The position numbers and the translations under genes were made by a program. Shown here in pieces: positions 11,278-23,100 of a stretch of 64,000 nucleotides of DNA (the first letter of the stretch is position 1; every line of letters begins with the position of its first letter). The stretch lies in contig CBDEUM010000038.1 of the NCBI GenBank assembly GCA_965242925.1, positions 160,001-224,000 of the forward strand, read 5' to 3'. This DNA comes from Roseibacillus sp. GTDB taxonomy: Bacteria > Verrucomicrobiota > Verrucomicrobiia > Verrucomicrobiales > Akkermansiaceae. The notes under the pieces are model-generated. The model made no database searches. It saw nothing but the letters and a program-made list of their open reading frames with translations, and was not told the DNA's origin.

Positions 11278-11503
11278 CGGAGGAGATTGCCTGCCTCTTT
11301 CGGATTGAGCGGGGAGGTTGAGCAGTCCAGTTCCGGTCGTGGGGGGAATGGACAAAGAGCATTTCCGTTGTTCCGGGAGATCAATGATGGTGTTCCCGGT
11401 CGTTTCCCAGGCCCTGATTTGAGTGGCGCGTTGGATTGCGGAAGCCGGTCTGTCGCTTTTTCGGTTGGCAAGCCCGGGCGCAGGAAGAGGATGATGGGGA
11501 GTC

Positions 11504-12619
11504 ATGAGTGAATTTGCACAACTGAGCCCCCCCGAGCGCATCCTGATGGGCCCTGGTCCGTCCTCTGTTCCGGTTCGGGTGCTGAAGGCCCTGGCGTCGC
11601 CGACGATGGGGCACCTTGATCCGGAATATATCGATGTCATGGATGAGTGCTGCGCCATGTTACGGAGGGTCTTTCGGACCGAGAACGCGCTGACCTTTCC
11701 GGTCTCTGCCACGGGCATGGCGGGAATGGAGGTGATCGCAAGTAATCTGGTGGAGCGGGGTGATGAGGTGATCGTCTGTATCAACGGGGTTTTTGGAGGA
11801 CGAATGAAGGATATCATGGAACGTTGTGGAGCAACTGTGCACACGGTGGAAGCGGAGTGGGGGGAAGTCATCACGGATGAGGCGGTGGGGGAGGCTGTGC
11901 AGGCGCATCCGAAGGCTCGTCTGGTGACCATTGTGCATGCGGAGACCTCAACGGGGGTGCATCAACCGTTGATCGAGATCTCGAAGATGGCACATGAGGC
12001 GGGCATGCTTCTGGCAGTCGATGCAGTGACGTCTCTCGGTGGTCATCCGGTGAATGTCGATGAGTGGGGAATCGATGCCATATTCTCAGGGACACAGAAG
12101 TGTCTGTCCTGTCCCCCCGGGTTGTCGCCGGTCTCGTTTTCGGAGCGTGCAATCACGGTGATGGATGCGCGTGAGAGCAAGGTGCAGAGCTGGTATTTCG
12201 ACGTCTCCATGCTGCGGGACTATTACTCCGGTACCGGCACCCGGGCTTACCATCACACCGCGCCGATCAATATGGTGTATGGTTTGCGGGAGGCTCTGGC
12301 CATCGTGCTGGAAGAGGGGTTGGAGGCGCGCTTTGAGCGGCATCGGGTTATGCACGAGCGCCTGCGGGCCGGGTTGGATCGCCTGGGCATCTCCTACATC
12401 CCGAAGAACTCACTTCACACCCTGAATTGTGTATCAATCCCGGAAGGCGTCGAGGACGGTCCGGTCCGGAGCCGTTTGCTCGACGACTACTCTATCGAGA
12501 TTGGTGCGGGGCTCGGGCCCTTCGCGGGGAAAGCCTGGCGGATTGGGTTGATGGGACATGCGGCAACCCGGCAAAATGTGGACCTGCTGCTGGCAGCGCT
12601 CGGAAAAGTGATGGGATGA
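11504..12619 (+). CDS. Alanine/serine-glyoxylate aminotransferase family (class V PLP)
   Basis: [38 protein letters not shown] (PLP lysine), YHHTAP, WRIGLMG. Confidence 0.93.
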   Translation: MSEFAQLSPPERILMGPGPSSVPVRVLKALASPTMGHLDPEYIDVMDECCAMLRRVFRTENALTFPVSATGMAGMEVIASNLVERGDEVIVCINGVFGGRMKDIMERCGATVHTVEAEWGEVITDEAVGEAVQAHPKARLVTIVHAETSTGVHQPLIEISKMAHEAGMLLAVDAVTSLGGHPVNVDEWGIDAIFSGTQKCLSCPPGLSPVSFSERAITVMDARESKVQSWYFDVSMLRDYYSGTGTRAYHHTAPINMVYGLREALAIVLEEGLEARFERHRVMHERLRAGLDRLGISYIPKNSLHTLNCVSIPEGVEDGPVRSRLLDDYSIEIGAGLGPFAGKAWRIGLMGHAATRQNVDLLLAALGKVMG

Positions 12620-14049
12620 TTGAATCGCTGAAAGCGTTGCTTCCGGGTGGCCGGGTCCTTACCGGGGATGTCTACCTTGCGGCCTACGAATCAGACGGTT
12701 TGACGGCCTTCAGGACAAAGCCGCGGGCGGTGGTGCTGCCCGAGACCGGTGAGGAGGTCATCAAGGTCGTGCGCTGGTGCCATCAGCATGGTGTGCCCTT
12801 TGTGGCGAGAGGAAGCGGGACGTCTCTCTCGGGTGGATCACTGCCGGTAGAGGAGGGGATTGTCATCACCCTCAACCGCCTGAACCGCATTCTGGAGGTT
12901 GATCCGGTCAATCGGGTGGCGATCGTGGAACCGGGTGTCATCAATCTCGATGTGACCCGGGCCTCCGAATCGCATGGACTGCACTTTGCTCCTGATCCTT
13001 CAAGCCAGACGATCTGTACGATCGGAGGCAACGTGGCCTTCAATTCAGGGGGGGCGCACTGCCTCAAGTACGGCATGACAGCCAATCACGTGCTGGGGAT
13101 GAAGGCGGTGCTTGCCACCGGGGAGGTGGTAGAGTTCGGAGGGCGGAGCCGTGAGCAGGTGGGGCCGGATTTCACCGGCCTGTTCTGTGGTTCGGAGGGG
13201 CTCTTCGGAGTGGGTTTGGAATTTATCCTGCGCCTGCTCCCGAAGGCTGAGTGTTTCCACACCGTGCTGGCGGGTTACCGCTCCCTGGAGGATGCGGGTA
13301 ATGCGGTGGGTGCCGTGATCGATTCGGGGTTGTTGCCGGGTGCTCTTGAGATAATGGATGCCCTGGCGATTGAAGCGGCCGAGGCGGCGGTGTCCTGTGG
13401 TTACCCGGCGGGGGCTGAGGCGGTCCTCATCGTTGAATTGGAGGGACCGATGGAAAAGGTGGCAGTGGAGCGGGCACAGTTGGACGAAATTCTGGAAAAG
13501 ACCCGTTCCTTCGAGAAACGGGTGGCGGCAGATTCGGTGGAACGCATGACCATCTGGAAAGGGCGGAAGAGCGCCTTCTCCGCGGTGGGCAGGCTGAGCC
13601 CGGATTTCATCGTGCAGGATGGTGTGGTGCCGCGGACCCGACTGGGTGAGGCCCTACGCCGGATTGGTGAGATGTCGGAGGAAACCGGTTTTCGTGTGGC
13701 CAATGTCTTCCATGCCGGCGATGGCAACCTGCATCCGCTCATTCTCTATGATGGACGGAGGGAAGGCAGCCTGGAGGGGGCCGAAGCTCTGGCGGGGCGC
13801 ATCCTTGAGATGTGTGTGGAGATGGGTGGTTCCATTACGGGCGAGCACGGCGTCGGAATGGAAAAGCGCGACTACCTGCCGGGGATGTTTTCGGATTATG
13901 ACATCGAGGTGATGAAGCGGGTGCGAGCGGCTTTCGATCCGAAGGAAGTGGCCAATCCAGGCAAGATGTTCCCGGGACCGGAGGCACCTTCCCTGTCCCG
14001 GTCCGGACTGCATCCGCTCGAGGAGGCGGGCGTGATTTCGAGGGAATGA
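12616..14049 (+). CDS. glcD: Glycolate oxidase FAD subunit GlcD
   Basis: ATG at 12616 overlaps the upstream stop (ATGA). [62 protein letters not shown]. Confidence 0.92.
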   Translation: MIESLKALLPGGRVLTGDVYLAAYESDGLTAFRTKPRAVVLPETGEEVIKVVRWCHQHGVPFVARGSGTSLSGGSLPVEEGIVITLNRLNRILEVDPVNRVAIVEPGVINLDVTRASESHGLHFAPDPSSQTICTIGGNVAFNSGGAHCLKYGMTANHVLGMKAVLATGEVVEFGGRSREQVGPDFTGLFCGSEGLFGVGLEFILRLLPKAECFHTVLAGYRSLEDAGNAVGAVIDSGLLPGALEIMDALAIEAAEAAVSCGYPAGAEAVLIVELEGPMEKVAVERAQLDEILEKTRSFEKRVAADSVERMTIWKGRKSAFSAVGRLSPDFIVQDGVVPRTRLGEALRRIGEMSEETGFRVANVFHAGDGNLHPLILYDGRREGSLEGAEALAGRILEMCVEMGGSITGEHGVGMEKRDYLPGMFSDYDIEVMKRVRAAFDPKEVANPGKMFPGPEAPSLSRSGLHPLEEAGVISRE

Positions 14050-15116
14050 TGACAGAAAAACCTTCCAGCGCAGAAGAGGTCGCGGAGGTGGTGAGAGCCC
14101 ATGCACGAATCAGCGCAGTGGGCGGACGCACCAAGCCGGCGCTTGTCGGGGAGGGAAAGGACCTTGGATTGAGCGGGTTGACGGGGATCACTGATTACAA
14201 GGCGTCCGAGTACACTTTTACGGCCAGGGCGGGAACGACGATAAGGGAGGTGGAGGAGGTCCTGAAGGCGAAACGGCAGTATCTACCCTTTGATCCGCTC
14301 TTTGCAGAGTCCGGAGCGACGTTGGGGGGGACGGTGGCCTCGGGAGCGTGTGGACCGGGACGCTTTCGTTTTGGCGGATTGCGCGATTTTTTCATCGGAG
14401 TGCAGTTCGTGGACGGGGCGGGTGAGCTGGTTCGCTCGGGGGGCAAGGTGGTCAAGAATGCGGCGGGCTTTGATCTCCCCAAGTTCCTGGTGGGAAGCAT
14501 GGGACGGTTCGGGGTCATGACCGAACTCAGCTTCAAGGTGTTCCCCGCACCATTTGAGACGGTTAATCTGTCGGTTATTTGTCCGGATCATGTGAGCGCG
14601 GTGGAGCGCCTGGCGGAGGTGGCTTCGTCCCGCTGGGAGGCCGATGCGCTCGAATATGACCCTTCCGAGAAGACGATTCTCCTGCGACTCGGTGGTCCCG
14701 GAGAGGCCCTCGATCAAATTTGTGAGGAAATTGAAGGTCGCTGGGCTGGTGAGGTGGAACAGTTCAGGGGGATCACGGGATGGAGGGATCTTCGGGAGGC
14801 CCGTTGGGCGCAGGGGGAGTTTCTTGTCAAGGTCCCGATTACGCTCTCCAGAGTCAGTCAGTTGGCGGGTTGGGTGGATGGCTGTGGGGGCGCGGTGCGA
14901 TGCTGGTGCTCTTCCGGGGGAAATGTTGCCTGGTTTTCGTTTGGGCGGAACGAACTTGATGCAGTTGATGAGATGTTGAAGGGGCATTCAATGGCGGGAT
15001 TGACGATCAGGGGGAGCGATTCCAACGGTCCGTGGTTGGGGGAGCGGAGAGAGAATGCAATTCTTGGAGCGGTGAAGGAGGCTCTCGATCCCGGGAATCG
15101 CTTCCCGGGGATCTGA
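14046..15116 (+). CDS. glcE: Glycolate oxidase FAD subunit GlcE
   Basis: [38 protein letters not shown]; lies between glcD and glcF. Confidence 0.9.
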   Translation: MMTEKPSSAEEVAEVVRAHARISAVGGRTKPALVGEGKDLGLSGLTGITDYKASEYTFTARAGTTIREVEEVLKAKRQYLPFDPLFAESGATLGGTVASGACGPGRFRFGGLRDFFIGVQFVDGAGELVRSGGKVVKNAAGFDLPKFLVGSMGRFGVMTELSFKVFPAPFETVNLSVICPDHVSAVERLAEVASSRWEADALEYDPSEKTILLRLGGPGEALDQICEEIEGRWAGEVEQFRGITGWRDLREARWAQGEFLVKVPITLSRVSQLAGWVDGCGGAVRCWCSSGGNVAWFSFGRNELDAVDEMLKGHSMAGLTIRGSDSNGPWLGERRENAILGAVKEALDPGNRFPGI

Positions 15117-15144
15117 ACTGGTTGTGCAATGGAGGAGAATACCA

Positions 15145-16404
15145 ATGCTTCATAAGATCGACTCGGGGAAGGTCGGACCGTTTGGGGAACCGATGGAGGA
15201 GGCAGTGCGCAGTTGCGTTCACTGCGGATTCTGTCTGGCGGCCTGTCCGACCTATGGCGAACTGGGACAGGAACTCGATACCCCGCGAGGTCGTATCGTG
15301 CTGATGAAGGAGGTGCTTGAGGGTGGACTGGAGATTGAGGAGGCGCTTCCTCATCTCGATGCCTGTCTCGGGTGCCTGGCCTGCGAACCGGCTTGTCCGT
15401 CAGGAGTGGAGTATCGGAACCTCATCAGCCCCTTCCGTGCCCTGGCTGAAGATCAACGCTCTCGTCCGCTTGGAGAGAAAGTCCGTCGGCGTCTGGTCTC
15501 GTGGACGCTTCCTCATCCGGATCGCTTCCGGGTTGCGGCAAGAATGGCCGGGTTGGTCAAGCCGCTTGCCGGGGTTCTGCCCAGGTCGATGCGACCGATG
15601 ATGGATCTCCTGCCGTCCCCGTTGCCACCGGAGCAGAAGTTGCAGGAGCGGTATGAAGCACGGGGCGAACACCGGGCTACTGTGGCCTTGTTGGCTGGGT
15701 GTGCCCAGCAGGTGCTGGATCCTGATATCAACGCGGCCACCATAGACGTTCTTACTCGTAGCGGAGTGGAGGTGGTCGTGCCGCGGGAGCAAACTTGCTG
15801 CGGCGCTCTCTCCTGGCACGTGGGAGACCACCGGGCGGCCAAGGAGTATGCCCGTCGGAATATAGAGGCTTTTTCGAAAGTGGACGCCGTGATCACCAAT
15901 GCGGCGGGGTGTGGGTCCGGGATGCATGAGTATCCGCTGATTCTCAAGGGAACGGATGATGAGGAGCGTGCGGCAGAACTGGCTGCTCTGGTGGTGGATG
16001 TCAGCGTGTTTCTTGAGCGATTGGGTGGACCGGGAGAAATTCCGGATCGGGGAGAAGAGGTAACCATTGCCTATCACGATGCCTGCCATCTCTCCAACGG
16101 TCAGGGGGTAAGGAGTGAGCCGCGGCGACTGCTGCAAAGAATACCAGGGGTGAAGGTTGTGGAACTGTGCGATGCTCACCTTTGTTGTGGATCGGCGGGC
16201 ACCTACAATATCGACCAACCGGAGGTGGCAGCCTCGCTCGGAGAGCAGAAGGCACGGGCGGTCATGGATAGTGGTGTGATGATGGTGGCGAGCGGCAATA
16301 TCGGATGCCTGACCCAGTTGAAGATGCATCTTGGGAGACTTGATGCCTCCATCGAGGTGCGTCACACCATCCAGATCCTGCGGGACGCCCTGAGCGGAAT
16401 ATGA
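15145..16404 (+). CDS. glcF: Glycolate oxidase iron-sulfur subunit GlcF
   Basis: CVHCGFCLAACPT, CLGCLACEPACPSGV, two CCG domains, YHDACHL. GGAGGAG ribosome-binding site at 15131-15137. Confidence 0.93.
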   Translation: MLHKIDSGKVGPFGEPMEEAVRSCVHCGFCLAACPTYGELGQELDTPRGRIVLMKEVLEGGLEIEEALPHLDACLGCLACEPACPSGVEYRNLISPFRALAEDQRSRPLGEKVRRRLVSWTLPHPDRFRVAARMAGLVKPLAGVLPRSMRPMMDLLPSPLPPEQKLQERYEARGEHRATVALLAGCAQQVLDPDINAATIDVLTRSGVEVVVPREQTCCGALSWHVGDHRAAKEYARRNIEAFSKVDAVITNAAGCGSGMHEYPLILKGTDDEERAAELAALVVDVSVFLERLGGPGEIPDRGEEVTIAYHDACHLSNGQGVRSEPRRLLQRIPGVKVVELCDAHLCCGSAGTYNIDQPEVAASLGEQKARAVMDSGVMMVASGNIGCLTQLKMHLGRLDASIEVRHTIQILRDALSGI

Positions 16405-16464
16405 GGAGCGAACCCTGGAATCCTGGAGGAGTGCAGGTGTGTGGCAGGGCGGCAAGGTCCCTCC

Positions 16465-17154
16465 TCACTCCTCCGTGAGATCGATCTCGCACCGGGGCAG
16501 GGCAGATCGGAGACGGCTTCTCCCCTTGGCAGTCACCCTGGTTTCGCCCAGCCAGACTTTTTGGAGGGTCTTGATTCTGACGAGGGAGGCGATGCAGTCA
16601 TCGGTTACCCGGGTATTCCGGAGATTGATTTCCTTAAGGGCCGGGAGAGCAATGAGTTTGGCCACGCCGTCATCGGTTATGGCAGTGTTACGAAGTCCAA
16701 GGTAGAGTAAACTCTGGATGCCTTTGAGGTGATTGAGGCCGGCGTCGGTGATCCTGGTGTTGCCCACCGGGAGATATTTGAGGGACTTCAAGGCAGGGAG
16801 GTGCGCCAGTCCCTTATCGCCGACGTTGGTTTGCCAGAGATTAAGCCACTCCAGTTTCCCGAGATGGGCGAGGTGGACCAGCCCGGAACCGCTCACCGTG
16901 GTGCCTTCCAGGGACAGGTCGGTCAGGGACCTGTAGCCACTGAGGTGAACGAGGTCTTCATCGCTGAGTCTGGCGGATCCGTTGAGTGTTATTTCGGTCA
17001 CCTTTCCGGTCTTGGTGCTCTTAAAGACATGCCCGCCCAGAGCTGCGATTTCACGGGCTGGATTCCCGGCGGTTACCTTTGGCTTGGGCTCGGCTGAAAA
17101 TGATGGAGTCAGCGTGAAAAGCGATGCCGCCAGAATGATGAGGAGGTGGTGCAC
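16465..17154 (-). CDS. Secreted leucine-rich repeat protein
   Basis: Probable GTG start with signal peptide (VHHLLIILAASLFTLTPSFSA); about 24-aa repeats LxxLxLxxTxITDxGLxHL. Confidence 0.85.
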   Translation of the reverse strand: MHHLLIILAASLFTLTPSFSAEPKPKVTAGNPAREIAALGGHVFKSTKTGKVTEITLNGSARLSDEDLVHLSGYRSLTDLSLEGTTVSGSGLVHLAHLGKLEWLNLWQTNVGDKGLAHLPALKSLKYLPVGNTRITDAGLNHLKGIQSLLYLGLRNTAITDDGVAKLIALPALKEINLRNTRVTDDCIASLVRIKTLQKVWLGETRVTAKGRSRLRSALPRCEIDLTEE

Positions 17155-17213
17155 GTTAGTCCAAGTATTCGTCAATTGCGCGGTCAGGCAAGAGAGTTTG
17201 AGAAGAGGAGAGA

Positions 17214-18017
17214 TCACTTTTCTTTTCCTGCGTTGCCAGCGGCGTGCTTGATCACAAAGTTGACGAGTTCCTGGTTCTGGAACCATCCGGGCCACATGTT
17301 GTGGCCCTGGTTTTCAATCACCTTGAGAGTCATGGATCCTCCAAGTGTCCTGTAGCGTTCCGCGACAGTGCGGGAATTGGCATCCAGGGGGACGACACGA
17401 TCCTTGTCGCCGTGGATGTGGAAGATGGGCACTTTGGCCTTGGCCAGCGGAGCGAGGCGGTCGATGGGATTGTGCTGTCCAAGAGTGGCCTTGAGTTCGC
17501 CAGCACTCAATCCGTAGGCACCGCAGGCCCGTGGAAGTCCGGGCCAACTTGCAAGGTTGCACACGGGGTAGATCCCGGCAATGCAGGCCACCTTGTCCGG
17601 GTTCTCGGCGGCCCAGTTATAGAGCATCAGGCCTCCCCGGCTCCGGCCAAGAAGGCAGGCCCGCGGGGTGAGGTCATACTTTTTCACCAGGGTCTCATGC
17701 AGGGCGTTGTAGAGTTTGCGACCGGACGGGCTGCCATAGGATTCTCCCACGTCGATCCCGGCGATGGCTATGCCGCGAGCCAGCCAGCGTTCGAACATCC
17801 ATCTCTCTTCCCTGCCAGGAAGGTTGGGCAACGTCGGGGCATACCAGACCCATGCCGCCGGACCTGCCTTGCGCTGATCGCCGGTGGGTAGAATCAGGAA
17901 GGCGATGCGCCCCTCGATCTCGAATGATGTGCCCGGAAGGGGGAGTTTTTTTCCGGTATCCTGGGCCGACAGAACCTCAAGGAGGGCGAGTGCGAGGCAG
18001 GGGAGTAGTTTGGTCAT
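17214..18017 (-). CDS. Secreted alpha/beta hydrolase (S9-like)
   Basis: Signal peptide; GRSRGG nucleophile elbow, HGDKDRVVP, GHN. Confidence 0.85.
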   Translation of the reverse strand: MTKLLPCLALALLEVLSAQDTGKKLPLPGTSFEIEGRIAFLILPTGDQRKAGPAAWVWYAPTLPNLPGREERWMFERWLARGIAIAGIDVGESYGSPSGRKLYNALHETLVKKYDLTPRACLLGRSRGGLMLYNWAAENPDKVACIAGIYPVCNLASWPGLPRACGAYGLSAGELKATLGQHNPIDRLAPLAKAKVPIFHIHGDKDRVVPLDANSRTVAERYRTLGGSMTLKVIENQGHNMWPGWFQNQELVNFVIKHAAGNAGKEK

Positions 18018-18151
18018 GAGGGAAGGATGAGGCCGATACCAAGGGAGGGTAATCCGTAGCCCGGACTGGTGTCTATCTGCAACTGGAGAGGGCTGATGCT
18101 TGCCAGTTCCGGTTCCAGGCGGCAGGTTTCCCCCCTCCAGTTACCGGTGCG

Positions 18152-19033
18152 ATGAATGAGGGTGAGATCTTTGCAGTTCTGGCCGCCCTGGTCTGGTCCT
18201 TCTGTGTGATCCTGATGAGGGTTGCGGGATTCCAGGTTCCGCCGGTGGCCCTGACGGTTTTCAAGGGTGGAACTGCCACCATCTTCTTTGTGATTGCGAT
18301 TCCGCTGGTCGGCGAATCGTTTTTTCCCTCCCTGTCTGCGTGCAATTATCTGCGCCTGACCGTGAGCGCCATTCTGGGCATCACGATTGCCGATACGCTC
18401 TATGCGGCGGCTCTCAACAGGCTGGGGGCGAGTTTGCAGGCCCTTGCCGGGGTCATGTACTCACCCTCCATGGTGGCGGTGGGGTTTCTGCTCTTTGGGG
18501 AAATGCTGGGACGGTGGGAGTTGCTCGGTGGTGTCCTGGTGGTGGCCGGGGTAGCGGTTGGAATGCATAAGACCGAGGACGTGCATAGCGATCGTGATCT
18601 GGCAGTGGGCATCATCATGGCGGTGAGTTCCCATCTTATAATGGCATTTGGAATCCTCATGGTGCGGGACGTGATCAGGGAACATTCGGTTGTCTGGATC
18701 TCAGCGTATCGTTTTCTGGCGGCTACCGTCGTGCTGGTTGCCGTCGCCTCCATCCGGCTCCCGATACGGGAAGTCTTTCTGGGGTTTCGTCGCCGTGACA
18801 TCTGGAAGATCATGATCCCGATGAGTTTTCTGGGTCCCTTCATGGGAACCATGTTCTGGACAGCAGGGTTCAAGCACACCACTGCGGGGAGGGCGGCGAT
18901 CTACAATCAGTTTTCCACGGTCTTTATCATCATCCTGGCGGTCCTCTTTCTCAGGGAGCGCCTGACGAAGCGCAAGATCCTGGGAGTTCTCCTGGCGGTG
19001 TGCGGAGCGATCCTGGTGGCCATGCAGAAATGA
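18152..19033 (+). CDS. EamA/DMT family transporter
   Basis: About 10 hydrophobic segments in two repeats; LFGE.LG and LFLRERLT motifs. Confidence 0.9.
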   Translation: MNEGEIFAVLAALVWSFCVILMRVAGFQVPPVALTVFKGGTATIFFVIAIPLVGESFFPSLSACNYLRLTVSAILGITIADTLYAAALNRLGASLQALAGVMYSPSMVAVGFLLFGEMLGRWELLGGVLVVAGVAVGMHKTEDVHSDRDLAVGIIMAVSSHLIMAFGILMVRDVIREHSVVWISAYRFLAATVVLVAVASIRLPIREVFLGFRRRDIWKIMIPMSFLGPFMGTMFWTAGFKHTTAGRAAIYNQFSTVFIIILAVLFLRERLTKRKILGVLLAVCGAILVAMQK

Positions 19034-19070
19034 ATCGCCCCCCCTTAACAGGTGAGGTTAGCTGGGATTG

Positions 19071-20180
19071 ATGAAGCGTCGGACATTCGTGATTTCTTCC
19101 TCCGCCAGCACCCTTTTTCTGGGAACTTCCGGCCGGGCGGCGCCGGTAGCCAGGATTCTGGAGACGAAAGTGGTGAGTCAGTTGCCGGATCTGTACCACG
19201 GGTGGCCTACCTTGGCCCGGCGGAAGGATGGGGAACTTCTTCTGGTGTGTTCAGGGGGACGGGAGGCGCATGTGTGCCCCTTTGGCCGCACGGACTTCAT
19301 GCGTTCGACTGACGGGGGAGAGACCTGGTGTTTTCCGCAGGTTGTGATGGACGGCCCCATTGACGATCGTGATGCGGGCGTGCTCGAGACAGCCAGGGGC
19401 AGCATCCTGATCACCAATTTTACGTCCTTGGCCTACGAACCGCAGTTGAAGAACAAGGGGAAGCGCTGGCAGGACGCCCATAACCGGACTGACGCTGAAG
19501 GGCGCAGGAAATCACTCGGGAACTGGATGATCCGCTCCACGGATGGGGGGCTGACGTTCTCGGGTCGTTACCGCGTCCCGGTCAATAGTCCCCATGGTCC
19601 GGTTCAACTCCGTGACGGGCGACTTCTCTATGCCGGTAAGGCGCTCTGGGACAACGAATCAAAAGTGGGTGTCTGCGAGTCAGGGGATGATGGTCAGACC
19701 TGGTCGTGGTTGGCGGATATCCCGGCCCGCAAGGGCGACAATCACAAGGACTATCATGAACTGCACGCAGTGGAGACCCCGGAGGGGGTGCTGGTAGCGC
19801 AGATTCGGAATCATAACAGGACCAACTCCGGCGAGACCCTGCAGTGCAAATCAACTGATGGGGGCAAGACATGGAGTGATCCACGCCCGATCGGGGTGTG
19901 GGGATTGCCCTCGCATCTGCTGCGCCTCAGGGACGGACGTCTTCTCATGAGCTACGGTTACCGCCGCAAGCCGTTCGGGAACCAGGCCCGGGTCAGCGAG
20001 AATGGGGGGAAGACCTGGTCGACTCCCATCATGGTTTCAGTCGACGGTCCGGGTCATGATCTGGGCTACCCTTCGACCGTGGAGCGGGATGACGGCAAAC
20101 TCGTGACGGTGTGGTACGAAAAGATGGCGGATTCCCCGCGGGCTGTCCTGAGACAGGCGATCTGGACGCTTGGGTCCTAG
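19071..20180 (+). CDS. Tat-exported BNR/Asp-box sialidase-like beta-propeller
   Basis: KRRTF Tat motif; five Asp-boxes (STDGGETW, STDGGLTF, SGDDGQTW, STDGGKTW, SENGGKTW); DLGYPS. Confidence 0.85.
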   Translation: MKRRTFVISSSASTLFLGTSGRAAPVARILETKVVSQLPDLYHGWPTLARRKDGELLLVCSGGREAHVCPFGRTDFMRSTDGGETWCFPQVVMDGPIDDRDAGVLETARGSILITNFTSLAYEPQLKNKGKRWQDAHNRTDAEGRRKSLGNWMIRSTDGGLTFSGRYRVPVNSPHGPVQLRDGRLLYAGKALWDNESKVGVCESGDDGQTWSWLADIPARKGDNHKDYHELHAVETPEGVLVAQIRNHNRTNSGETLQCKSTDGGKTWSDPRPIGVWGLPSHLLRLRDGRLLMSYGYRRKPFGNQARVSENGGKTWSTPIMVSVDGPGHDLGYPSTVERDDGKLVTVWYEKMADSPRAVLRQAIWTLGS

Positions 20181-20194
20181 ACGGGGGTTGCCGC

Positions 20195-23100
20195 CTATTT
20201 CAGGCTGGCGAGAAACTCCACCACATCCCGGATCTCCTCCGGCTTGAGCAGAGCAACCATGGGCGGCATGGCCGAGGTGAGGATGTGGCTGGAAATCTCA
20301 TCAGGACGGAGATTACGCTTCTTTCCATTGGCGAGGGTGACGGTCCAGAAGAGGTCGGTCTTTTTGCTGAGGATTCCGGAAACCTCCTCGCCCTCTTTCG
20401 TCCTCAGGACGACCGTTCCGTAACCATCGGAGATGTCGCTACTGGGTGTCAGAAGCGAGGCAACCAGATGCTTACGGTCCCGCTGAGCTCCAATCCTGTT
20501 CAGTTCGGGGCCGATGGTCAGTTCGGTGGATGGCTTTCCTCCCTCCTTGCCCAGTTTGTGGCAGCGAATGCACTGCGCGGCAGCGTGATTGGTTACAAGC
20601 TGTTTGCCCCGTTCCGCATCACCCCCATGCTCAAGGCGGTCGGAGGTTTCAGGAAGTTTGATCCCCTTGGCCTGGGCCGCCTGCCATAATTCCAGTTTCC
20701 ATCGGGGATCGGCTTTTCCGTTCCGGTATTGCTCAACCAGGGATGCGAATTTCTTCCGGGCCCGCGGATCCTTGTCCTCGGCCAGTTGTTTGATGGCCTT
20801 ACCCTGTCCGGCGGATCCTTTCTTTTCCAGAATGCCGAGGAGGAGATCGAGCATGGGCACCCCTGCCTGTGCCGCGTAGGTGCGGGCTTTCTCCTGAACC
20901 TTGGGATCATCAGAAGCAAGGGCGGCCTGCACGAATTCCCCGAGGTCCGGGGAGTTCGTCCTGGCGAGTCCATCGAGCACCTTTATCTGCAGGGAGGAAG
21001 ACAGTTTCCCGAAGTGTTCGCTGGTTCCTTCGAGCCAACTGGCTTCCCCGCGCACGGAAACACCGTTGAGGAGCACTTCGCGCAGTTCATTGTCTTCCAT
21101 GATGACAACCTTGAGCCTGGAGACGGCTTCATTTGCAGGCTTGGAATCCCGGGGCGCGTGTTTTCGGTAGCGTCCCTCCACGGCATCGAGGACAGGTGGC
21201 TGAGACCACCAGAGGAGGGAGGCCAGGGCGGTGCGCTTCATCCTGGAGGAACCTTCCCTGCGCTTGAGATAACCTTCGAGTTGTAACAGGGCCGGATAGG
21301 TGCCGACTCTGAAGGCTGCGTTTATGACGCGGCGCATGAGGGCTTCGTTTGTAAGGCCGGGGCGACCGAGGAGCTGGGACAGGGCGGGCAGGGCTTCCGG
21401 GATGGACTGGTCGTCGTGAATGGCACGAGCGGCTTCCAGGAGGATCAGTTCGTCCCCGTCCTCGAGAAAGGCGGTGATCTCTGGTGCCCGGAGGTTGCGG
21501 AGGGCCACGATGGCGGCGAGACGGACGGTCCTGTTGTCGTGCTCGTGGAGGCTGGCGAGTCGTGCTGGAGACAGAGCTCCTTTCAATCCCATCATGGCAG
21601 CGTGACGCAGGTAGGGATCCTTGGATCCGCCAGTTGCGAGGAGATTGATCAACCCCGGTGCGGCCTCTTCCACCTTGTGCTTGCCAAGGGAGATGGCCGC
21701 AAAGAACTGTACACGCGGTGACTTGTGCTCGAGGGCTGTCAGCAGGTGTTTGCGCAATCCGGCAATCTTCGGCAGGTGTCCCGGGATATCGCCAGCCACC
21801 TTCGCGCACTGGGCGACAACTTCAGGGTCGTCGCTCTGCCAGGCAGGTTCCAGGGAAGTGAGGGCCATGGGGGCGCGGCGGGAGATCTGTCCGATGCCCC
21901 AGATTGCGTGGAGCCGGGCCAGTCGGGTTGCCTCGGGATTCCGGAGGACTTCCGTGAGCGCCTCGGACATGTTGCGCCGCGCCAGTTCCAACTGCCCCTT
22001 CATCCGAACCCGCTGGTCGGGATGGCCAAGCCACCCGGGGAGTTTCCCCGGGGCGATCTTCTCCGCATCAAGGGCCAGGATTCTCTGGGTGTCCCTGCGG
22101 GCCGGATGCTGATGCTCTTCGGTTACATCAAAACGGAAAATCGATCCCCGGCCTCCCCCGTAACACGCAGAATAGAGCGCCCCGTCCGGTCCAACTGCGA
22201 GGCCGGTGTTACTGCGTCCTCCTTTTATGGCCGCCTGTTCCTTGAATTCGAAGTGGGCCCCCTTTTCAAGAAAACGGAAGACCCGGACCTGTCCCTGCTG
22301 GTTGGTCATGAAGAAGCAGTCACTGAGATCAGGGGAGAGTGCGGTTCCGGGATTGGCAGTGAATCCGCAGGGGCCTGGTCCAAAGTTTCCGATAGTGGGT
22401 GTGAGGTAGGCGGCGTGGTCATCGCGGTCGGGGAGGAAGAGACGCTCGTCCATCCAGGGATTGTAGGCTGCGATCCCGCTGATCCTGGTGAAATCCTGCT
22501 TTCGCAACCACTGCCAGTTGAGACGCCATCCATGTTCGCTTCCTTCGGTGATGTAGAGGGCGCGTTCCTTTTCGCCGGGGTAGTCCCCGTCGTTATCCAT
22601 GCTGAAGAGGTTGCCGTGTGCGTCGAAGGCCAGTTCCTGTGCATTACGTTCACCGGAAGAGTAGCGTTCGACTTGGGAGCCATCCAGTTCACAGCGGAAG
22701 ATCCCGCCGCTGTTGGGTTGGTGGTAGATCTTTCCTTCCCTTGTTTTGACGTAGTGCCCCTTGTCCCCGAGGGACCAGTAGACCCTGCCATCAGGTCCGA
22801 GGGCGACCCCGCTCAGGTTGTGGCCGCCCTGGCCCATGTGGACCTGGAAGCCGGTGGCCACGACTTCACGCGCATCGGGGAATCCGTCCCCATCTGAATC
22901 GTGGTAGCGGAGAAAATCTGGTTCGGCCGCTACGAATACGTCCGAATTCACGGCCAGCACCCCGGCTGCGATTCCGGTCACCTCGGTGTGAAATTCACCC
23001 AGGGTTCGAATGGTTTCACCCTTTCCGTCCCCGTCCTTGTCCGCTACCTGTATCACGCTGTCCTTCTGGACGGTGAGATCACGCCAGTCCCTGGCTCCGT

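Noticed and set aside
11278..11503. Possible glycine riboswitch upstream of the aminotransferase-glcDEF operon
   Set aside because: I could not find the conserved glycine aptamer motifs by eye; an Rfam scan would settle it.
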